Part shown: piece by piece, positions 38,145-44,961 of the stretch | Layout: every line of letters begins with the position of its first letter | Numbering within the stretch: position 1 is the first letter of the stretch | From: Candidatus Thorarchaeota archaeon | GTDB lineage: Archaea; Asgardarchaeota; Thorarchaeia; Thorarchaeales; Thorarchaeaceae | DNA: 44,961 bases | Direction of reading: 5' to 3' | Assembly: GCA_048884785.1 (NCBI GenBank) | Contig: JBHLQM010000023.1 | Location: 1-44,961, forward strand | Position numbers and translations under genes: made by a program | The notes under the pieces: generated by a model | The model's input: only the letters and a program-made list of their open reading frames with translations | Told to the model about the DNA's origin: nothing | Databases searched by the model: none

Positions 38145-39308
38145 TTATTGACCTCCTATTGGATGGAAACATGCAACCCAATGCTCTGGTTCAAGTTCTT
38201 CTAATCTTGGTTTTTCCTGCTTGCAAATTTCAGTAGCATATTCACATCTTGGATGAAATCTACATCCGGGCGGGGGGTAGATTAGGTTTGGTACTGACCC
38301 CAAAATCTGAGGAAGGCGTTCTTTCTCTTCATGTAATTTTGGTACAGCAGTAAGAAGACCGGCTGTGTATGGATGAAGCGGATTTGCAAACAAATCCCTT
38401 GTAGCACATGACTCAACAGAGGTTCCGGCATACATGACATTGACCCAGTTGCAGGTTTCTGCCACGACACCCATATCATGAGTGATGATGAGGATTGAAG
38501 TGCCAATTTCCTTCTTGAGTTGATTCAATAGATTAAGAACCTGGGCCTGTACGGTGACATCAAGCGCTGTAGTAGCTTCATCACAGATTAGAATTGAAGG
38601 ATTGCATGCAAGTGCCATTGCAATCAAGGCTCTCTGCCGCATACCACCAGATAGTTCGTGCGGGTATTGCTGAGCAACAGAAGTGGGTGCAGGCATCCTC
38701 ACCATACGCAACATATCAACTGCCCTTCTTAAGGCGGCAGCTTTCGCATCCTTTTCGTCGGGTTCCGGAGGGTTTGCCATCAGAGACCGGTAATACTGAA
38801 TCTTCTCTTCAATCTGAGTTCGCTGCAATGGCTGAATCTCTTCGTCCTCAAGGGAGTCTTCTAGTTCCTGAATTTTCATATCTAGAACATCGAGCCGCAA
38901 ATCTTGGTGTAAAAGGACAACCTCTGCAATCTGATCACCTATCCTGAAAACAGGATTCGGATATGTTGCAGGGTCTTGGAAAACAATGGCTATCTTTGCG
39001 CCTCGAATATCAAGCACCTCTTTACTCGATAGCTTCAGAATGTCGATAGATGTAATTTCTCCGGTCTTCCTGTCTAGTCTGTTGAAAATGATTTCTCCCT
39101 CTTCGATTCGTCCAGGTGGCTCAACTAGTCTCAGAATCGAGCGGGCAGTCACAGATTTCCCGCAGCCAGTTTCTCCTACCAGACCCATGGTATCCCCACG
39201 CCTCAGAAACATATCAACGCCATCCAAGGCTTTTACAACGCCTTCGTAAGTGTAGAAATTGGTTTTGAGGCCTTTCACCTTCAATACAATGTTCTCTGCT
39301 TCAGTCAA
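38145..39308 (-). CDS. dppD: Peptide ABC transporter ATPase, DppD/OppD type, with helical insertion
   Basis: GETGCGKS, LSGGMRQR, CDEATTALD, ITHD, CRFHPRC. Confidence 0.93.
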   Translation of the reverse strand: MTEAENIVLKVKGLKTNFYTYEGVVKALDGVDMFLRRGDTMGLVGETGCGKSVTARSILRLVEPPGRIEEGEIIFNRLDRKTGEITSIDILKLSSKEVLDIRGAKIAIVFQDPATYPNPVFRIGDQIAEVVLLHQDLRLDVLDMKIQELEDSLEDEEIQPLQRTQIEEKIQYYRSLMANPPEPDEKDAKAAALRRAVDMLRMVRMPAPTSVAQQYPHELSGGMRQRALIAMALACNPSILICDEATTALDVTVQAQVLNLLNQLKKEIGTSILIITHDMGVVAETCNWVNVMYAGTSVESCATRDLFANPLHPYTAGLLTAVPKLHEEKERLPQILGSVPNLIYPPPGCRFHPRCEYATEICKQEKPRLEELEPEHWVACFHPIGGQ

Positions 39309-39313
39309 CTAAT

Positions 39314-40630
39314 TCAACGCCTCCGGAGCTTTGGATCCATTATGTCCCGGATACCATCACCTACAAGGTTGAAAGCAAGTGCGACCAAGAGTATTGCAAT
39401 TCCGGGGAAGAAGACTGCCCAAGGATTGAGTGTGAAATATCCCTGTCCAATGGAGATCATAAGACCCCATTCCGCAATTCCAGCAGGCGGGCCAAACCCT
39501 ATGAAGGATAGGCCGGCAGCAGTAAGCAGTACACCTCCGGTATCCATTGTTGCCTGCACAATAAGAGGTTGGATTGTATTTGGAATGATGTGAGAAAGGA
39601 GAATGTGAATATCACTTGCTCCAACAGATCTTGCCGCTTCGACGTAGAGCTTTTCTCGTTCAGCCAGGACTTGCCCTCGAACTAGACGGGCATAACCAGG
39701 CCACCAGGTAGTCATCAGTGCAATTGAAATATTGTCTAGACTTCGTTCACCCAAGGCCATTACAATCGCCATTGCCAGAACCAATCCTGGAAATGCGAAG
39801 AACACATCCGTCACACGCATTACAAGTTCGTCAATCTTCCCACCGTAGTAGCCTGCAACGGCTCCGATAAGAGTGCCAATCGTAACGGCAACAAGTACTA
39901 TGGTGACTGATATTCGTAGGTCAACCTGTGCAGCATAGAGAATGCGACTAAAGACATCGCCGCCTGAATCGTCAGTTCCCCAGATGTGATCTGGTAGGTC
40001 GGGATTATTACTTGGAGATCCCGGAGGAAGATTAGAATCAGCCCAGATTCTTTGTTCAGCTCCATAGGGAGCTATATATGGAGCAAGGAATGCAAGAACG
40101 ACAAATGATACAATTATGATGATTCCAACAACAACAAGTGGACTCTTAAGAATTAAATGAATAGTAAAACGAGTCTCTTTTGCTCGAGGAGCCATGTCCT
40201 CTTTGAAACTTGGGTACCAATAGCCTCGAATCGCAGGAAGAAATAGCAATATTATTGAAAACAGTGAAAGTGCAATCAGTGGTATTCCTATTGTACCAAT
40301 TGTAAGATAGACCACAATAAGGAAGGTATTCAGGTACATCGACATTGAGAAAGCCCAAATATGTAGGCCATCAACTGCAAGAGCAATCCTGAACATCACG
40401 TATCCAATTACGAGAACAATTAGTCCCTGTAAAGGCCATGAAGATAGGTAGGCCGGAGGTATTTGGGAAATGCCTAATAGAGGTTGCAGGGAATATACGA
40501 GATTGCCTGTCACGATGGAGCCGCCAAAGATGATTGCAGCCATCGAATTAACAAGTAGTAATAATCCAAGAAACAGGAATTGCTTTTTGCTCTCTGTAAT
40601 CTCCTCGGAGTAGTTACTGATCGCTTCCAT
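39314..40630 (-). CDS. dppC: Peptide ABC permease DppC/OppC with extra N-terminal membrane domain
   Basis: HIWGTD..G.DVFSR, EAA loop YVEAARSVGA, LSFIGFG, GDGIRD.MDPK. Confidence 0.92.
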   Translation of the reverse strand: MEAISNYSEEITESKKQFLFLGLLLLVNSMAAIIFGGSIVTGNLVYSLQPLLGISQIPPAYLSSWPLQGLIVLVIGYVMFRIALAVDGLHIWAFSMSMYLNTFLIVVYLTIGTIGIPLIALSLFSIILLFLPAIRGYWYPSFKEDMAPRAKETRFTIHLILKSPLVVVGIIIIVSFVVLAFLAPYIAPYGAEQRIWADSNLPPGSPSNNPDLPDHIWGTDDSGGDVFSRILYAAQVDLRISVTIVLVAVTIGTLIGAVAGYYGGKIDELVMRVTDVFFAFPGLVLAMAIVMALGERSLDNISIALMTTWWPGYARLVRGQVLAEREKLYVEAARSVGASDIHILLSHIIPNTIQPLIVQATMDTGGVLLTAAGLSFIGFGPPAGIAEWGLMISIGQGYFTLNPWAVFFPGIAILLVALAFNLVGDGIRDIMDPKLRRR

Positions 40631-40641
40631 TCTCTTTCCAC

Positions 40642-41673
40642 CTACCCAAATCTGATTCTGGGATCAAGAGTCCCATATATCAAGTCAACAATCAGATTAG
40701 CAGTAACAAAGATAAGAGCTACAAGAAGCGTGAATCCATTAATTGCAGCTAGGTCAGAACTGAGAATTGCCCTGACAGCCCATCTTCCAAGCCCAGGCCA
40801 GTTGAAGATTGTTTCAGTTAAAACGGCACCTGTTATTAGACCACCGAATGCGAGCCCAATCACCGTCACCGTTGGAATAAGTGCATTTCTCAAGGCATGA
40901 CGGTATACAACTATCCTTTCCGTGAGACCCTTGGATCTTGCTAAGGTAATATAGTCCTCCTTTAGGACCTCCAGCATGCTCGACCTCATCATCCTAGTTA
41001 TGATTGCTAGAGTGAGATAACCTAAACAGAAACCTGGCATTGCGAGATGAAGCGCTGCGTCAACGAATAATGGTACATTGCCCACAAGAAGGGAATCAAC
41101 GAGAAGGAATCCTGTGATGTAGTCAAACGATCTGAACGTTACTAATGAATACCTCTCACCTGGTGGTAAGTGTGGAAGACCCATTATCGTGAGCTGATAG
41201 AAAAGAACATACTTTAGCATAAGTGCGAACCAAAAGATTGGCATGGACACACCAGCAAGAGAGAATACTCGTGTTACATGATCCACTGGTTTGTCCTTCC
41301 TAGTTGCAGATAATATTCCAAGTGGAATTCCTAAAAGGATGGCAAAAATCATGGCAATTATTGAAAGCTCAATGGTGGCTGGAAACTTGGTAGAAATGAC
41401 CTCAAGCACTGGTCTGAAACTTGTTGAAGTGCTGATGCCCCAATCGCCTTGAAAGAGATTTGACAAGTATAAGAAGTACTGGATATGAAGAGGCTCATTG
41501 AAGCCATGAGATTCAATAATGGCGGGTATCGCAGATGCAGGAGTATTCTCATTAATGTACATTGCCACTGGATCCCCGACAATGTATGCCAGAAACCAAG
41601 TTATTGTCAATACACCGAAAACAACCGGTATTGCAAGAATAATTCTCCTGAGTATGAAATCTCGTAGTTTCAT
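40642..41673 (-). CDS. dppB: Peptide ABC permease DppB/OppB
   Basis: GDWGIS, PATIEL, DYITLARSKGL, ETIFNWPGLG, DPRIR. Confidence 0.94.
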   Translation of the reverse strand: MKLRDFILRRIILAIPVVFGVLTITWFLAYIVGDPVAMYINENTPASAIPAIIESHGFNEPLHIQYFLYLSNLFQGDWGISTSTSFRPVLEVISTKFPATIELSIIAMIFAILLGIPLGILSATRKDKPVDHVTRVFSLAGVSMPIFWFALMLKYVLFYQLTIMGLPHLPPGERYSLVTFRSFDYITGFLLVDSLLVGNVPLFVDAALHLAMPGFCLGYLTLAIITRMMRSSMLEVLKEDYITLARSKGLTERIVVYRHALRNALIPTVTVIGLAFGGLITGAVLTETIFNWPGLGRWAVRAILSSDLAAINGFTLLVALIFVTANLIVDLIYGTLDPRIRFG

Positions 41674-41912
41674 TCAACTGCCACCATTCTTCTCTCGAGT
41701 CACGTGCTTTGCTCGTTGGAGAAATTGAAAACTTTGGTGCTTACTTAAGGTTTTGGATTTAAGGTGTCTTTTCTTGATTTCCGCAACCTATATTAACATC
41801 AGTCCTGCATACTCACGATTAACTCGCACTTCGCGGAGTGAGAATGAAAAGTTGCATAACGTTTTGTTATGTGATGAATCCATTCGTTAAGAGAGATAGA
41901 AGGAGGAAAAAC

Positions 41913-43799
41913 ATGCAAAGAAATCAACTCTTAGCGATCGTGGTTATCATCGTTATTGTTGGTTCAGTTGGTGCGTATATTCTATTGTCACCACAGGCTC
42001 CAACAGGCCAGACACTTGTCTGGGAAACGATAGGTAATCCCGATTATATGGACCCACACAACAACTACGAATCATTTGGTTCGTGGGTCCACTACAATGT
42101 GTATGAAACATTGTATACCTATGAGTGGGATTCCTTGTCAACAGACCCAACAGTGCCACTTTTGGCATCTGGACTAGAGGTCTCAGCTGATGGTCTCAAT
42201 TATACCTTCACGCTACGACAAGGCATCACATTCCATGATGGAACACCCTTCAATGCTTCGGCTGTCATCTACAACTTCTACCGAATGCTTGCTACCTTTG
42301 ATCCCAGCGGTCCAGTCTGGATGGTTGCAGAACCAATTATGGGCGGCGGGGCAATCGAAGGAGCTGTATTTGGTGATGGAGAAGGTGATGGTCCCGGAGG
42401 CGCAAACCATGTTGCCCTTGTTACAGCTTGGTATGAAGATTGTCTAGATGGTTCTGGCGCTGTGATCGCACTTGATGATTACACTGTCAGGATCAGACTC
42501 GCATACGCCTACACACCATTCCTTGCAGCAATCACCTATGAGGTTGGTGCAATGATGAGCCCAACGTGGGTTGAGGCAAATGGTGGTATTGAGATTGGCT
42601 CACACAATCCAGTCATTGATGAAGAGACCTGTGGTACAGGTCCCTACATGGTCACTGAGTGGACTGTGGATGAGAACATCATTCTCGAAAGATACACCAA
42701 CTACTGGAGGACCTCTGCAGCTAGGGTACAGTTCCCATATGCAGGTGCAATTGATGAGATCATCATCAAGACCAATGAGGACGTAAACAGCAGACTTCTG
42801 AACATAAAGGCTGGAGAAGCTGATGTAACATATGTTCCAGCAACTCACCTCTATGAAGTCTACAACAATGTTACTCCACCATTATTTGCATCGAACACTG
42901 GATCCCAGCAGAGTGTTGATCCAACCAACCTACATGTTTGGGCAAAGTATCCCACATTCTCTATTGCATCAATTCACTTCACCATGACTGAAACAATGAA
43001 CGAAACAACCCTTGGTGAAGTTGTTAAGAATCCATATGCATTGAAGAATGTCAGAAAGGCATTCAGCTATGCATTCGACTACCAGACTGCAATAGACAAC
43101 GTCCTGAATGGTTTAGGCGAGCAAGGTCAGGGACCAATTCCAAAGGGAATGTTCGGTCATGACTACGATGCTTACGTCTATCCATACAACCTGACATTGG
43201 CAACTGAGTACTGGAACGACGCTATGACTGATGATGGTCTTGATGACATACTCTCCAACAACTCATACCGTCTGATCCTCTACTACAACTCTGGTAACGA
43301 GGCTCGACGAAAGGCACAACTCCTGCTTAAGGATGGCATTATGGCGATGCTTGAGCAACCCGGAATTATTGCACCTGGAGAAGACCTCACAATTGACGTA
43401 CAGGGACTTGAGTGGTCATCATATCTTGGCGCAGCCCGTCGTCAGCAGGTAGGCTGCTGGATGATTGGTTGGGCACCTGACTACGCAGATCCGGACAACT
43501 ATGTTGGTCCATATGTCAGTAGTACAGGAGCCTATGGATATTGGGCGCGCATCGCTCAGTCCGAAGGGTGGGATGAAGATACAGTTGATGACTGGATAGC
43601 TGATGCAGCTGTCAGTCAGAGTCCAACCGAACGTGAGGGTTTCTATGAAGATATTCAGGAGGCCATCATTGAGCATGCAGCATACATCTGGGTATGGCAG
43701 ACTCAGAGTCTGTACGTCTCCAGAGCCAATGTCTACAACGGACAGTATGCAGCCAATCCAATGCACCAGGACTACTTCTTCCACATGTACAAGCTATAG
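41913..43799 (+). CDS. dppA: Peptide ABC solute-binding protein DppA/OppA with N-terminal anchor
   Basis: GGAGG SD before ATG 41913; NVYETL, YTFTLRQGITFHDGTPFNA, GTGPY, GWAPDYADPDNY. Confidence 0.92.
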   Translation: MQRNQLLAIVVIIVIVGSVGAYILLSPQAPTGQTLVWETIGNPDYMDPHNNYESFGSWVHYNVYETLYTYEWDSLSTDPTVPLLASGLEVSADGLNYTFTLRQGITFHDGTPFNASAVIYNFYRMLATFDPSGPVWMVAEPIMGGGAIEGAVFGDGEGDGPGGANHVALVTAWYEDCLDGSGAVIALDDYTVRIRLAYAYTPFLAAITYEVGAMMSPTWVEANGGIEIGSHNPVIDEETCGTGPYMVTEWTVDENIILERYTNYWRTSAARVQFPYAGAIDEIIIKTNEDVNSRLLNIKAGEADVTYVPATHLYEVYNNVTPPLFASNTGSQQSVDPTNLHVWAKYPTFSIASIHFTMTETMNETTLGEVVKNPYALKNVRKAFSYAFDYQTAIDNVLNGLGEQGQGPIPKGMFGHDYDAYVYPYNLTLATEYWNDAMTDDGLDDILSNNSYRLILYYNSGNEARRKAQLLLKDGIMAMLEQPGIIAPGEDLTIDVQGLEWSSYLGAARRQQVGCWMIGWAPDYADPDNYVGPYVSSTGAYGYWARIAQSEGWDEDTVDDWIADAAVSQSPTEREGFYEDIQEAIIEHAAYIWVWQTQSLYVSRANVYNGQYAANPMHQDYFFHMYKL

Positions 43800-43818
43800 A
43801 GTATACAAAATAACACAA

Positions 43819-43860
43819 AGAGCAGAGAGTCCAACTCTCTGTCTCTGTTTTCTTTTTTTC
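43819..43860 (+). terminator. Hairpin plus oligo-T terminator after dppA
   Basis: CAGAGAGT-cca-ACTCTCTG followed by TTTTCTTTTTTT. Confidence 0.7.
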
Positions 43861-43935
43861 ACAGGAAAAAACCCCTAGCGCATATCGCAGAACTTAAAGA
43901 GAATCTACGCAGAGCAGATTTGGGTTAATTGCAAG

Positions 43936-44802
43936 GTGACAACCACACAGAGAGAAGCTTCCTTTTCAACCATGACTGTAAGACAGATGATGTCACTGTG
44001 GTGGAGAGAGAAATGGGTGCGGGGATTGGTAATCGCGCTTTCGCCAATTGGATTGGTTGATGCGGTATTCACCATTCTTTTGTTTCAGGTTCACGGGCCA
44101 GAATACGAGTACAATCCTCTTGTAAGACTTGCCTTGAGTAGCGAATGGTGGTTTGCGTGGGTCCTCATTGATGTCTTCTCGTTTGTAATCTTTGCAATGA
44201 TTGCTGGTTCATATTATCTCCACACACGATCCAGTATTTTTGGCAATCATACCGGTTGGTTTGCTGCACTCATAGCTTTTCGAGTTGGTGCGGTTGTTTA
44301 CAACATACTCCTTTACTATCTGGACCTTTTCCCGATATTTTGGGGAGCTATATCAGCAATACTCACCTACTATTATGTGAGCAAGCTTCTATCTAGAAAC
44401 AGGGATATGTCCATACGGGGTTTTAAGAGATATTGGAGAGCTAAATACGATAGACTTCATGATAAACTTCTGACTCGAGGTGTCCAAAGGAAAGATAATG
44501 AACTCGAGATCAAGGCTGTACAGCCCATTGGCCCTGAATATGACAATAGACGGATATGGATGCTGCGAGCAGGCTACCTATCGATGGCAATAATTGTTTT
44601 CGCAAGCATTCCATTCATGCTTACAACTATAGGAATCCTAACTGGAGGCATATATTGGAATGAGTTATTTGGAGGGTCGTTCTATTGGAATGAGTTATCT
44701 GCCCAGACATTCATAGTTGGATTCTTCACAATAATCATTTTTACAGCAATCATCATGTTCCTAATTCTGAAAGCTTTCACGACAACCGAAGGTGCATGGT
44801 AG
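43936..44802 (+). CDS. Membrane protein, DUF5658-like N-terminal half
   Basis: DAVFT...EYNPLV motif; about 6 TM. Start uncertain. Confidence 0.65.
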   Translation: MTTTQREASFSTMTVRQMMSLWWREKWVRGLVIALSPIGLVDAVFTILLFQVHGPEYEYNPLVRLALSSEWWFAWVLIDVFSFVIFAMIAGSYYLHTRSSIFGNHTGWFAALIAFRVGAVVYNILLYYLDLFPIFWGAISAILTYYYVSKLLSRNRDMSIRGFKRYWRAKYDRLHDKLLTRGVQRKDNELEIKAVQPIGPEYDNRRIWMLRAGYLSMAIIVFASIPFMLTTIGILTGGIYWNELFGGSFYWNELSAQTFIVGFFTIIIFTAIIMFLILKAFTTTEGAW

Positions 44803-44841
44803 AGAGGAGGATTCTACAGTTTCCTCCTATCATTCCTGTGC

Positions 44842-44961
44842 CTACGATTTGCCCATGGTAAGAGCCATGATCGCTTTTTGTACATGGAGTCTGTTTTCTG
44901 CAACATCATAGACAATGGACTTCGGCCCATCGCACACTTCATCTGTGACTTCAGCGTTTCT
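44842..44961 (-). CDS. C-terminus of an ornithine carbamoyltransferase-family enzyme (partial)
   Basis: Not in the ORF track. Hand translation [39 protein letters not shown]; AENRLH is diagnostic of the OTCase-like family. Confidence 0.9.
   Translation of the reverse strand, partial: RNAEVTDEVCDGPKSIVYDVAENRLHVQKAIMALTMGKS

Noticed and set aside
38730-38920. Inteins as the explanation for the ATPase insertions
   Set aside because: Too short, and they lack the N-terminal Cys/Ser and C-terminal His-Asn splice motifs.
1-44961. CRISPR array, tRNA/rRNA, transposase or integrase, defence system
   Set aside because: No spaced direct repeats, cloverleaf motifs or recognisable mobile or defence proteins seen by eye; tRNAscan-SE and Infernal would be needed to exclude RNAs firmly.

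Overview
Gene-dense prokaryotic window, most likely from an Asgard archaeon of the Thorarchaeia type. This is an inference from a Rab-like small GTPase, a multi-TM protein with a longin-like C-terminal domain, a C-terminally anchored family-5 solute-binding protein, GGAGGTGA ribosome sites and TATA-like boxes about 24 nt before start codons. The dominant theme is peptide uptake and turnover: a dppBCDF operon with divergent dppA, a second binding protein, two extra stand-alone DppD-like ATPases, TldD/TldE, and M48, M20 and Ntn/C45-like hydrolases. It also has a tandem DUF4140/DUF4139 pair, redox proteins (rubredoxin, thioredoxin fold, QueG-like, DUF362), bacterial-type GAPDH, a divergent citrate-synthase homologue and a DapA-family lyase. 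Three genes are absent from the ORF track: a VIT-VWA protein (left edge), a rubredoxin, and the 3' end of a carbamoyltransferase (right edge). The best leads are the orphan DppD-like ATPase pair (one catalytically degenerate) with a repeated structured non-coding motif in the same region, the EF-hand-bearing M48 protease, the multi-TM/longin-like protein and the DUF4139 pair. No rRNA, tRNA, CRISPR array or mobile element was recognised. All assignments come from reading motifs by eye, with no database searches.
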